From Octopus vulgaris (taxonomy: Eukaryota), in the NCBI GenBank assembly GCA_951406725.2, contig OX597825.1:78678001-78742000 (forward strand): DNA of 64,000 bases, in the 5' to 3' direction. The notes beneath the pieces are model-generated. The model was not told the origin of the DNA. It ran no database searches and saw only the letters and a program-made list of their open reading frames with translations. Made by a program: the position numbers and the translations under genes. Within the stretch, counting starts at the first letter, position 1. Each line of letters opens with the position of its first letter. Shown one piece after another: positions 1 through 14,306 of this stretch.

Positions 1-491
1 GTGCCTTTGCTACTCTTGACCTCCGGAGGATGAACGGTACTAAGGCAGCTGAAATAAAGGGCAAACAACAACAACAACAATAACAACAATAATAATAATA
101 ATAATGATAATAATAATAATAATAAGGCGAGCTGACAAATCGTTGGTACGCCGGACAAAACACTGAGCGGCATTTATTCCGGCTCTCGCTGTTTAGAGTT
201 AAAATTCCGCAAAGATTGACTTTGCCATTCATCCTTTCGGGGTCGATTAAATAAGTGTAAGTTGCACACTGGCGTCGATTTAACCGACTTAAATCCTCCC
301 CAAAAACTTTCAGCCCTTGTGCCTCTAACAGAATGGACTATTAGAAATATATATTGTTTTAGTCAGCTAGTACATGGAGTCTCCAGCGAAATTTGCTGAT
401 CAGGCATCTTGTAGCGGAGGGGATAGTGGTGGTGGTGGTGATAGGAGGGGAAGGTGTTTTGTGACTTTGGTACAAGGCATCAGTAGAGACC

Positions 492-525
<34 letters not shown>

Positions 526-574
526 CTCTCGGTCAATAGGCTTAGTTGATAATCATTAGCAATTGTCGTAGTTC

Positions 575-657
<83 letters not shown>

Positions 658-671
658 ACATATATATATAT

Positions 672-731
<60 letters not shown>

Positions 732-856
732 CTATCTATCTATCTATGTATTTATATGTATAAATTACACATTAATGCACACAGCATTAACAGACACACA
801 CATACAACAAAGTTATATGCACTTAGCTATATATATGCGCGCGTGCATGTGCGAAC

Positions 857-939
<83 letters not shown>

Positions 940-1229
940 TGACATCAAGCTGTGTTGACAATATGGTGAGAATCAAAGATAAGAAGTGGGTGAAGAGCTC
1001 GCTAAAATGGCGGTCGTTTGATAAACAATGACATAGCTAGGTCAAGGGAACATGGCGGAAGGAGAAGGGGGAGACAAACTAATTAAGACTAAAAAAATCC
1101 TTACACTTTGTCTAATACACCACACACTATATATTTCCCTCTCTGTCGCTCTCTCTTTCTCTCGCTATACATAGAAAGACATACATAATTGTACGTATAT
1201 GTGTGTGTGTATGTATGTATGTATGTATG

Positions 1230-1301
<72 letters not shown>

Positions 1302-1648
1302 CGTATATCTGTATTATGAGAGGTTTAATTATTGGTTCATCCAGTATTTTTTCGTATGCGAGAAACGTATATTAAAATTATTTCATTTCTTTTTCTTTTA
1401 GCTCTTTTGCACACACACGTGTAGACGTACTCATATGTGAATTTATGTGTGTCCGAGTGTACTTGTGTGTGTATGTGTCTGTGAGTGTAGGAATCTGTGT
1501 GTGTGTGTCTGTATGCTTGTCTGTATGTGTTTCCAGGTTTATATCAGACACTGTCACCCTCAGATTTTGGTAACCTGTCCTTGACACTTACAAATTTAAA
1601 TTTACTACTACATATTTATATATGCATGTGTATATGTGTGTAACCGTA

Positions 1649-1695
<47 letters not shown>

Positions 1696-1743
1696 ATGTA
1701 TGTATATAAACAATAATAAATCTCTAAGCGAAAATACTTCACG

Positions 1744-1774
<31 letters not shown>

Positions 1775-2385
1775 AAAATTTTTTTAATAAATATATATAT
1801 ATATATCAAAAGAAAAACAGGATGCAAAGGATTTAGCGGTACATATGTTTCCGGCTTTATTAGACAGTTTATATCAATGCATAATTGATGTAATATGTAT
1901 GTCAATAGCCTTCCTCAGCCGCGCACAATTACCACACCAAAGACATGTATTACATTATTATAAGTTTGGGAAGCAAATCCTCATAGTCGCATACAGCAGA
2001 GTGAGATACCAAAACAAAAAAACAAAAACAAAAACAAAGCGTCCATACCGCCTTTCACTCGATATATATATATATATTTCTTTACTTCCCACAAGGGGCT
2101 AAACACAGAGGAGACAAACAAGGACAGACAAACGGATTAAGTCGATTACATCGACCCCAGTGCGTAACTGGTACTTAATTTATCGACCCCGGTGCGTAAC
2201 TGGTACTTAATTTATCGACCCCGAAAGGATGAAAGGCAAAGTCGGCCTCGGCGGAATTTGAACACGGAACGTAACGGCAGACGAAATACGGCAACGCATT
2301 TCGCCCGGCGTGCTAACGTTCCTGCCAGCTCGCCGATATATATATATGTATATATATATATATGCATACACATACATAGATGTAA

Positions 2386-2440
<55 letters not shown>

Positions 2441-2459
2441 TTATTTATTTTATAGAAGG

Positions 2460-2510
2460 AGCTTCTACAGGACTAGAACTGTTTCATTCAAATGAAATTA
2501 TCAGGAAGCT
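2460..2510 (-). ncRNA. Type I hammerhead-like motif (core G8 to A variant)
   Basis: AGCUUC-CUGAUAA-(U)UUC(AUUU)GAA(U)-GAA-ACAG(UUCUAGUC)CUGU-A-GAAGCU; 6-bp stem I, 4-bp stem III, GUA triplet. Confidence 0.65.
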
Positions 2511-2862
2511 TGCTGTCAAAATAAGTTCTGGCATTTATACATTTAGGCAGATTTAATGGGGTAGTGGTGGGGGACATTTTTTGGGTAAGCAGGGCACAAA
2601 CTGTCTTTCTTAGGGGAGTGGTCAAAAGAATCAGTGATAAAGTAAATAAATGAATAAATGGAATAATTGAATAGAGTTTTAGGTAAATTAGAAGACTATC
2701 GCTTTTAGTCAGTTTGTTGTTGTTGTTATTAAGTGGAGGGAAGAAGTAGATATGTATACATAAAAGAGCATATAAAATAAATATACGTCTTTAAATAGAT
2801 CTCTCCTAGATGTAGTGCTGCAGTGCTTTCATTTTTTTTGTTAATCACTCATTCTCATTTAA

Positions 2863-3257
2863 TCTTTATATATAAAAGTGAGGTTGTGTGCTGTCTGTCT
2901 CCTACGATTTAGATTCCTAACTACTCCCACAGTTTGCGGTGCAGTTTAACCAGAAGTGGGTATCTTATAGTCGTGATTCATATCGAGCCCTTCTGGGTAT
3001 TAGCGCGCGTCTACGATGAGTCTACGATTTAAAAAAAAAAAATTACCATCATTTTTTTCCATTTTAATGCATTTTTTCGCTATTATATAACTCTCTAAAA
3101 ATGTCTACGATGAGTCAACGATTAAAAAATAAAATTTACCATCATTTTATTTCCATTTTTAATGCATTTTTTTGCTATTTTTTGGCTATAACTCTTTAAA
3201 AATGCTTATATAGTTATTTCCCTTACAAACCCGAGCAACGCCGGGCGATACTGCTAG
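2863..3257 (+). mobile_element. Non-autonomous Helitron
   Basis: A|TC 5' end, subterminal hairpin CCCGAGCAACGCCGGG (3230-3245), CTAG|T 3' end, inserted between A and T. Confidence 0.85.
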
Positions 3258-3396
3258 TTGTATATATTTTAATTGTTTGTTTATTCATACGTTTCCTCTC
3301 ATTCGATACCCTGACCCCAATGTTTGTTTTGTCTGTCCCCGTATTGTCCCCTCTTTTTCTCAACCTTATGGTGAATAAAGAAATTCTCTCTTTTTC

Positions 3397-3504
<108 letters not shown>

Positions 3505-4950
3505 AGATCTAATTTCCTTGATCTACACAGACGTTCCTCCAATATTCTCCGTTCTCCAATGCTGACTTCAAAACAGGGTCTAACAGACCGCTGTCGATCA
3601 CTAGTCGGTCAACATATATTGTAGCCGGACGGTCTCTACACCTGTAGCCATGCGTTTGTTACCAAGGAAACACAATCTTGATGTATTCGTTCTTGGCTCG
3701 GTAGTAGTGACCAGCAAAACGACAGCTACAAGCGTCACACATATACGTTAAGCATGCTTACATTACTGAGCTGCTTCTTACTCAAAGTCTGAATTTTTTT
3801 CTGCTTGTGCGATACTGTTGCACATCAGTAAATACATTTTACACAATTTGAACCTACTTCTAGCTGCTGATGCAATTTCGTTTCGGAAGTGGGCGAGTAT
3901 ATGGAACTAATGGGTAGAAAATGTTGCGCATTACCGATATCTTTTCTGCTCGTTCACTACTGGGGAGGTTTCGTTTCGCCTATCTTTGAAATGTATTTTG
4001 ATTTTCAACGCTGTCTGTCTTTAAAGTGACCTCTCCCAAATGTAATACCACGGTTACAGGCGTTTAAAAACTCAACATACATTAAGCATGTAATATTTGT
4101 AATATTTACGCCGGGCGAAATGCTTAGCGGTATTTCGTCTGCTGCTACATTCTGAGTTCAAATTCCACCGAGGTCGACTTTGCCTTTCATCATTTCGGGG
4201 TCGATTAAAAAAGTACCAGTTACGCACTGGGGTTGATATAATCGGCTTAATCCGTTTGTCTGTCCTTGTTTGTCCTCACTGTGTTTAGCCCCTTGTGGGT
4301 AGTAAAGAAATAGGTATTTCGTCTGCCGCTACGTTCTGAGTTCAAATTCCGCCGAGGTCGACTTTGCCTGTCATCCTTTCGGGGTCGATTAAAAAAGTAC
4401 CAGTTACGCACTGGTGTCGATATAATTGACTTAATCCGTTTGTCTGTCCTTGTTTGTTCTCTCTGTGTTGTATGTATATATTTATGCATGTATGTATATG
4501 TATACATTTGTATGTTTTACATATATGTATGTCTGTAAATATACATAAATACATATATACATACATGTGTGTACATGTGTACATACACACACACACATAT
4601 ATACATGTATGTATGTACGTACGTATGTATGTATGTATGTATGTACGTACGTGTGTATGTATGTATGCCTTATGTATTTGACTCGCCATTATTTTCACCG
4701 TCGCCTGAAATTAATTTTGAAATGAAGATTATTTAAGTTGTTCCTAATGAGGGTCAAGGCTAAGAGATTTGACAGTGGATTGGGTAGAAAGAGGGTAGAG
4801 AGAGAAGATTGGTTGGTACGGAGGACAGTGGTAGAGAGAGAGAGAAATGCGGGGCGGGTGGGCAGAGGACGAGCAAGCGAGGAAAAAGAAACTGGTATGG
4901 TATACACAGCCGTTATCAGTTCTGACTTAATAAAAACAGTTGTAAAAACA

Positions 4951-5698
4951 ATGATGATGATGATGATTTTGGTGGTGGTGGTGGTGGTGGTGAAGGTGAT
5001 GGTGGTGATGGTGGTGATGATAATGATGATGATGAAGATTCTGTTGGTTATGGTAGTGGTGGTGGTGGTGGTAGTGGTGGTGGTGGTGGTGGTGGTGGTG
5101 GTGGTGGTGGTGGTGGTGGTGGTGGTGGTGGTGGTGGTGGTGGTGGTGGTGATGACAGTGATGATGATGATGATGATGATGATATTGCCGTCGATTATAA
5201 TAATAATAAGGATGATGAAAAGGAGGAACGGAAGGAGGAGGAAAATGAAGATGAGCATTGATGAAAGAGGAAATGGATGACCATGAGGATGTCAGCGTTT
5301 GTGGTGATGACGACGATGATGATGATAATAGCAATGGTGATGATGATGAGGCGGAGGAGGAAGCGAAGAAGTAAGAGGATGGTTGTGATTCTGATGGTGG
5401 TGGTGGTGGTGGTCGTCGTCGTCGTGCTGGTGCTGGTGAGGGTAATGGAGGCGGCGGCGGCGGCGGCAGCGGTGGCGGTGGCGGTGGTGGGGGTGGTGGT
5501 GGTCGTCGTCGTCGTCGTGCTGGTGCTGGTGAGGGTGATGGAGGCGGCGGCGGCGGCGGCGGTGGCGGTGGCGGTGGTGGTGGTGGTGGTGGTGGTGGTG
5601 GTGGTGGTGGTGGTGGTGGTGGTGGTGGTGGTGATAGTGTTGGAGGCGGTGGTAGTATTGGTGGTGGTGGTGGTGGTCGTCGTCGTCGTCGTTGTCGT
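4951..5698. repeat. Compound trinucleotide repeat (GAT/GGT/GGC/GTC) with an internal higher-order duplication
   Basis: Direct reading; source of the poly-V/T/H pseudo-ORFs. Confidence 0.95.
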
Positions 5699-6529
5699 AG
5701 AAAGCGTTAAAGACGACAATACTCATAGTGACTAATTTTCTGAGACTAATTTACAAATAAACTGGTACTCCGTCGGTTACGACGACGACGGTCGTAGCTG
5801 ATCCGAAGAACGGAACAACCTGCTCGTGAAATTAACATGCAAGTGGCTGAGCACTCCTCAGACACGTGTACCCTTAACGTAGTTCTCTTGGAGATACAGC
5901 GCGATACAGAGTGTGACAAGGCCGGTCCTTTGAAATACAGGTACAACTCATTTTTGCCAACTGAGTTGACTGGAGCAACGTGGAATAAAGTGTCTTGCTC
6001 ATGGACACAACGCGTATCTGGGAATCGAACTCACATCCTTACGATCACGAGCTGAGTACCCTAGCAGGTAAGCCACATTCCATCACCACACATACATACG
6101 CTTACACACAAGTAAACACCCACACAAATACACACATATATGAATTCATGCAGGTATACATAGGTGCATAAGTGTACACATACATACAGATGGTTATTCG
6201 TTCCTATTATCAGAGGTTCTCTATGTTGCGTAAAAGCAGATTTGCATAACAGCTTTGAAATGCTACGATTTTCCAGAAAAGAACGAAACAAACTTCTTTG
6301 CATCCACCAAATCAAATTTGTAAAGAGATTTGAGAAATTCCAAGAAATCTCCGTTTGGTTTTTCTCGATGAACAAAAACATCTGTAAGACTTTTCTCAAA
6401 TTCGAAAAGTGATTTTTTAAAATCTACATTCCAACGATGTAGCTTTGTAACAGTTGTGTCTTTGTTAGAAGCCAGCTCCTCCCTTAAAGGAAGATTTCAA
6501 ATAATTACAATTAGAAAAGAACTTATATG

Positions 6530-6663
<134 letters not shown>

Positions 6664-6838
6664 GTCTGTCTATCTAGCTGTCTCTATTTCCATCTATCTC
6701 TCTCTCTCTATCACATCCATACACACGGACAAACATGCAAATACGCATACATTTGTATATGCATACATATATTCATACATACACATATACACAAGCACAT
6801 ATATGCAAACATACATACGTACGTACATACATACATAA

Positions 6839-6882
<44 letters not shown>

Positions 6883-6999
6883 CCATTACAAATCCATTCT
6901 ACTGTAGGCACAAGGAATCTCCTCTGGCTGATCAACGATGTAGAACTGCATCCGATAAATAGCTGACACCTCGTCTGCTAGAGACGACAGACGATGTGT

Positions 7000-7050
7000 C
7001 CGGTACTGAAGAGTGGCAGAAATAGTCCGAAACAAGGACTGGTCTGATAG
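7000..7050 (+). ncRNA. Degenerate hammerhead-like motif, same element family as 62954-63000
   Basis: CUGAAGA-G...C-GAAAC...GGUC with decayed stems; ~70 nt later comes CCAGCTAGAGGA...TGGGG, as in the 62.9-kb element. Confidence 0.35.
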
Positions 7051-7904
7051 TTACGCAGCTAGTGTGTGGTAGGGGTTCGCTCCCATACTCATAATTTATC
7101 GGATGCAGCTCTGCCAGCTAGAGGAATTGTCCTCTTGGGGATAAAAAATCGCAGTAGAGTCCGTTCGAACGGGCAGCCATGATGAAGTGGCTACGAATAT
7201 TATTTGTTAGTACAGCTACTGTGTTGATCTCTTAGAGAGATTAGGATTAGCATTTTTGCTTGTATATATATAATAAATCTCTGAGCGAGGTATAAACAGT
7301 AGCTGCACGACATCGTGAAGTATATTTGCCACTTAAATGTTGATGCTACTGTAGCTTGTAGCCCCAGGAATACATCTCCTCCAGCTGGTTATTGACACAC
7401 TATCTGTGCTCTATCAGCATTTGCAAAGGGAAGTCAGCCTTCCCATCTACAACCTGACGTGATACACACGCACATATATATATGCCAGTTGCTCCTTCCT
7501 TCTTATCAGAAGAGTGCCGTACCTTTACTGGACTGTGCATGACCATGTGCACATAGTTGGATCTTTAGTCCAGCTTCCGTTCTGCATACATGATCACAGA
7601 TGTAACACTTGAATCGTCCGTCTTGCGGCATCACCGACTATTATAAGTATTATACGTACAATGCCAAGTCAGGCCAACAACTGACATACAAATTGAATCA
7701 CACTCATTACAAATGTGCCTCGGGGGCACGGGGCCACAGAGCCATTTCGCAAACTGCTTCGGTCCTCTCTGTTCCATGTGAGTTTTTAGTCGTTGATTAA
7801 TTCAGCTCTTGAAAGAAGAAATTTTCCAAACACCATTCCGCTTCGATTCCAAATAGATTTCTGCTGTCATTGCTCCTGAGCCATGATCACGGAACGAGCA
7901 AGCC

Positions 7905-8757
7905 ATACATACACACATGCATACATACATACATACATATATACATACATACATACATACATACATACATACATACATACATACATACATACATACATAC
8001 ATACGTATACATACATACATACATACATACATACATACATACATACATGCATGCATGCATGCATACATACATACATACATACATGCATGCATACATACAT
8101 ACATACATACATGCATGCATACATACATACATACATACATACATACATGCATACATACAATCATACATACATACATGCATACATGCATACATACATACAT
8201 GCATGCATACATACATACATACATACATACATACATGCATACATACAATCATACATACATACATACATACATACATGCATACATACATACATACATGCAT
8301 ACATGCATACATACATACATACATGCATACATACATACATACATACATACATACATAGATACATACATGCATACATACACTCATACATACATACATACAT
8401 ACATACATACACTCATACATACATACATACATACACACACATACATACATACATACATACATACATACAGTACACTTACATACATACATACATGCAGTAC
8501 ACTTACATACATACATACATACATACATAGATACATACATACATACATACATACATGAATAGATACATACATACATACATACATACATACATACATACAT
8601 ACATACATACATACATACATACATACATACATACATACATACATACATACATACATACATACATACATACATACATACATACATACATACATACATACAT
8701 ACATACATACATACATACATACATACATACATACATACATACATACACACAGTACAC

Positions 8758-8788
<31 letters not shown>

Positions 8789-8796
8789 CAGTACAC

Positions 8797-8827
<31 letters not shown>

Positions 8828-8915
8828 CATACATACATACATACATAGATACATACATACATACATACATACATACATACATACATACATACATACATAC
8901 ATACATACATACATG
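7905..8915. repeat. (ACAT)n microsatellite, ~1 kb
   Basis: Direct reading. Confidence 0.97.
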
Positions 8916-9246
8916 AATAGACACACAAACATACACATGATTATTATTCCTTCTTCTGTTTTATAAAATGACTTTTTTTTACTATTTTATTAAAATTCAT
9001 TTCATTAATTTTATTTTAAAATAATATTTTTATAAAATTATCCTTTCATTAGTTTTCCATATAACACAGATGTGCATGCACACACACGCACACACACACA
9101 CACAAACACTCACACACATATATATATGTACGTATGTATATGTATATATATTTATACATATATATGTATGTATGCATGTATATGTATGTATGTATGTATA
9201 TATATACGTATGTATGTATATATGTATATGTGTGTATATATATATA

Positions 9247-9285
<39 letters not shown>

Positions 9286-9473
9286 ACACACACATGTACA
9301 TACATTCCCACACACATTGAGCCATACACATATAATCGCACACAGACATTCACGTTTTCACATATGTTCACAACTTCAAAACCATACGCAGATATGTGTC
9401 GGGGGTGGGGGCGTGGATGTGTGAATGTATCCGTGTACATAGAACCGTATATTTACAAATGCGTGCGCACACT

Positions 9474-9509
<36 letters not shown>

Positions 9510-9654
9510 TACATATATATACTCAAGCACAGACACACACATATACATGTACGTATGTGTGTATATGTACATGTTTATGTACATATAGTTCCAAATATCC
9601 GTATGCGTGAACATATATGTAGATAGAGAGATAGATAGATGGCTCTCTCTCTCT

Positions 9655-9693
9655 CTGGATATATATATGTATATATATATATATTTATATATA

Positions 9694-9735
<42 letters not shown>

Positions 9736-9841
9736 ATATATATATGTATATATATATATATGTATATATATATGTATATATATATATGTATATATATATG
9801 GATATATATATGTATATATATATATATGTATATATATATGG

Positions 9842-9881
<40 letters not shown>

Positions 9882-9954
9882 GGATATATATATGTATATA
9901 TATATGGATATATATTTATATATGTATATATATATATGTATATATATATGGATA

Positions 9955-9999
<45 letters not shown>

Positions 10000-10067
10000 A
10001 TATATATATATATATATATATATATATGGATATATATATGGATATATATATATGGATATATATATGG

Positions 10068-10131
<64 letters not shown>

Positions 10132-10170
10132 ATATATATATGTATATATATATATATATATATATGGATA

Positions 10171-10229
<59 letters not shown>

Positions 10230-10336
10230 ATATATATGTATATATGTATATATATATATATATGGATATATATATATGGATATATATATATACGTATATA
10301 TATATATGCATACATATATAAAACTTTATATGCATT

Positions 10337-10367
<31 letters not shown>

Positions 10368-10450
10368 GTGTATGTATGTGTGAGTGCATATTTATGTATG
10401 TATGTATGTATGTATGTATGTATGTATGTATGTGTATGTATGTGTGAATG

Positions 10451-10482
<32 letters not shown>

Positions 10483-10490
10483 TATCCATA
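9655..10490. repeat. (TA)n interrupted by TG/TGG, then (TATG)n
   Basis: Direct reading. Confidence 0.95.
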
Positions 10491-11064
10491 TATGAGCGTG
10501 CATATTGAGCTGGAAAGAACCTCCACATTGAAAGCCACACACAAAGCATATTAAAAATGAAGGAAGTTGCTGGGTTTAACATGTGAAGTAATAAATATTC
10601 TTCAGTGTCCATGGATAGCTTTAAAGATTAGAAGCAATGGGAAGTGCGCGTGTGAAAGAGACAGACAGACAGACAGGCAGACAGAGAGAGCAGTGTGTGT
10701 GTGTAAAATATGCGTAGAAGTTTACTTGTATATTCATAAATAAGCACACACACACACACACACATGTATATATGCACATATATGTATGTATATATATTTA
10801 TATATATATACAGGTGTGTGTTTGTGTGTGTGTTTGTGAAATTAAACATAATGCTAATTAAATACGATACCAACAGAAGGGTTTTATATATTTCAGGAAT
10901 TTAATTCTATGATTATATCACTCCTGTACAAACACAACACACAAACACACACACACACACACACACACGTATGTATACATGCGAATGCATATATACACTA
11001 TTGCACATATAATATATAATTTGTGTGTGTGTGAATGTGTGTGAGTTGTGAATGTATGTACTTG

Positions 11065-11151
<87 letters not shown>

Positions 11152-11291
11152 GCATTTGTGTACGTATGCATATATACATACATATATACACACATACACA
11201 CATGTTCATAATTTGTGCATATATACACAGATATACAAATATATATATGCACATATATATATATACATATATATATATATATGCATATGTA

Positions 11292-11380
<89 letters not shown>

Positions 11381-11723
11381 TGCTTAATAAATTTGTCTAA
11401 TCTTATTTGACAAGAAATAGCTATCTATTAAAAATTAATTAGACTAATGAATTTTTCTCATTCACTTGGAAATTGAAAAACTGTTTCTGTTGTTGCTTTC
11501 CTTGTTCTTCTTGCTCTTACAGCTGTGTTTTCTTTTGTTTTTGTTTTTTTTTTGTTGTTTTTTGTTGTTTTCTTTTTTGTTTTTTATTTTGCTTTTTCAT
11601 TTTTCTTTCTTTCTTTCTTTCTTTCTTATGTTGGCTTTCTGGTTGTTGCATTTGCTGATGGTGCTGGTGTTAATGTCATTCGTGCTCTGCTGCTGCTGCT
11701 GTTGTTGTTCTTGTTGTTGTTAT

Positions 11724-12335
11724 AGCTGGCAGAAACGTTAGCACGCCGGGCGAAATACTTAGCCGTATTTCGTCTGCCGTTACGTTCTGAGTTCAAATTC
11801 CGCCGAGGTCGACTTTGCTTTTCATCCTTTCGGGGTCGATAAATTAAGTACCAGTTACGCACTGGGGTCGATATAATCGACTTGATCCGTTTGTCTGTTC
11901 TTGTTTGTCTCCTCTGTGTTTAGCCCCTTGTGGGTAGTAAAGAAATAGGTATTTCGTCTGCCGCTACATTCTGAGTTCAAATTCTGCCGAGGTCGACTTT
12001 GCTTTTCATCCTTTCGGGATCGATAAATCAAGTACCAGTTACGCACTGGGGTCGATATAATCGACTTGATCCGTTTGTCTGTCCTTGTTTGTCTCCTCTG
12101 TGCTTAGCCCCTTTAGGGCAGTAAAGAAATAGGTATTTCGTCTGCCGCTACGTTCTGAGTTCAAATTCCGTCGCGGTCGACTTTGCCTTTCATCTTTCAG
12201 GATCGATTAAATAAGCACCAGTTACGCACTGAAAGGCAAAGTCGACCTCGGCGGAATTTGAACTCAGAACGTAGCGGCAGACGAAATACCGCTAAGCATT
12301 TCGCCCGGTGTGCTAACGATTCTGCCAGCTCGCCA
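11724..12335. mobile_element. Trimeric SINE (+) followed by an inverted head (-)
   Basis: ~185-bp units rejoined at AAGAAATA|GGTATTTCGTCTGCC; orientation flips near 12231. Confidence 0.8.
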
Positions 12336-13471
12336 TCTTACCAGGTTATCAGTATTGTTGTACCTAAGCGATATCTTAAGATAACAACGTACATATTTAT
12401 ATGTGAAAGCCCAATGTCAAATGACAGGTGTGTTCATAAGGTTATGGAGGGTTCGACTCCAAGACCGGTTCACATCTCACGTTGCTCCTATTTACGCAAC
12501 TAAAAATATACACCTGCCGGATTGTTGGTGCAACTTTCTTTCTCTCCAAGTTGTCTCACCTTGCTTGTTCCGTTGCGTCAAGGATTCGGAATGAGGGTTA
12601 ACGCCCTTTGGAGCTTGTACTTTTTCATGTAAGGTCTCTAAAGAAAGGTTGCTCTTTGAGACTGAATCTCGAAGCGAAAGTAGATCACTTTCGAGTGTAC
12701 CGGAATGTTTTCTAAACAGATATAATTACCATTATTTTATTCCTCCCGTCTCTTTACGCGCTTACACTGAATTTGAACCAGCTTGGCAAGCCTTAGCATA
12801 CACCAACAAAATTTAGTTTGCTGATTACTGTACAGTAATAGAGGTTTCTATTTAGCTCCAAAGGACTGTGTCAGTGTTTATCACTGACAAAGAGAAATTA
12901 AACCGAAATACCGGTGCATACTAGTCTGCTGACATCATTTGCTGCGTAGGAAGTCTTTGGGGGAGAATTTGTCCTACAAGACCGATATTCACTATTATCG
13001 TACACCCCACCGTGTATACTCACCGTCGCGACTCGTTATTTTCATACCGTTACTTACTAAACGTTAAGCAATGTATACAAGCGCAGGTTTGGTTGCGTGG
13101 TTGAGAAGCTTACTTCCCAATCATGTGGTCTTGGGTTCAGTCCCACGGTACATCACCTTGGGTAAGTGTGATCTATTATAGCCCTGGGCTGACCAAAGCT
13201 TTATGAGTGAAATTGTTACGCTGAAACTGAAAAAAAAAACGTCATATATAAATAGGTATGTGAGTGTTGTTGTTGTTGTGTTTGTGTGTATCTTTGTGTT
13301 TGTGTTCAATTCATCCTACCGCCACCACTTAACAACCGGTATTGGTAAACTAGTAGTCCACCAAAAAGCGCAAGAGGAAATAAATACTAGGCATGGTCGC
13401 AGTGGAGTAAAAAATGAGATTTTTTTCCTTCGTATTTAATTCTAAAATAAAATGAAATTTCAGCGATTTTT

Positions 13472-13699
13472 TATTACTCTTTTACTTGTTTCAGTCATTT
13501 GACTGTGGCCCTGCTGGAGCACCGCCTTTAGTCGAGCAAATCGACCCCAGGACTTATTCTTTGTAAGCCTAATACTTATTCTATCGTCCCTTTTGCCGAA
13601 CCGCTAAGTTACGGGGACGTAAACACACCAGCATCGATTGTCAAGCGATTTTGGAGAGACAAACACAGACACACAAGCATATACACACACATACATACA

Positions 13700-13770
<71 letters not shown>

Positions 13771-14120
13771 CGGTTCGGCAAAAAGAGACCGATAGAATAA
13801 GTACTGGGCTTACAAAGAATAAGTCCCGGGGTCGATTTGCTCAACTAAAGGCGGTGCTCCAGCATGGCCGCAGTCAAATGACAGAAACAAGTAAAAGAGT
13901 AAAAGAGTAAAAAGAGTATATATATATACATATATACGACGGGCTTCTTTCTGTTTCCCTCTACCAAATCCACTCACAAGGCTTTGGTCGGCCCGAGGCT
14001 ATAGTAGAAGACACTTGCCCAAGGTGCCACGCAGTGGGACTGAACCCGGAACCATGTGGTTCGTAAGGAAGCTACTTACCACACAGCCCCTCATACGCCT
14101 ATAAGCCACTCCTACGCCTA
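13472..14120 (-). mobile_element. tRNA-derived CORE-like SINE with internal microsatellite and an inverted copy of its own tail (13768-13915)
   Basis: Head GGTTCAGTCCCACTGCGTGGCACCTTGGGCAAGTGTCTTC, tail ...AAACAAGTAAAAGAG. Other copies: 57367-57790(+), 62070-62457(-), 62595-62745(-), 27625-27775(+), 13080-13245(+), 44418-44800(+), 45050-45390(+). Confidence 0.8.
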
Positions 14121-14306
14121 TTCTTAACAATGTACTCTTTAACTTGCCCGATTTGTTATGTCACTTAATACATATTTCGTGTCAAACGTACCCAGAAAAA
14201 TGTACTGTGATTGTAGAACAAGTCTATTATATATGTGACTATATGTTGTGTAGTATTTGCATTGACTAATAAATAGTGTCATTTTCTGCCAAATATCTTT
14301 TTTCAG

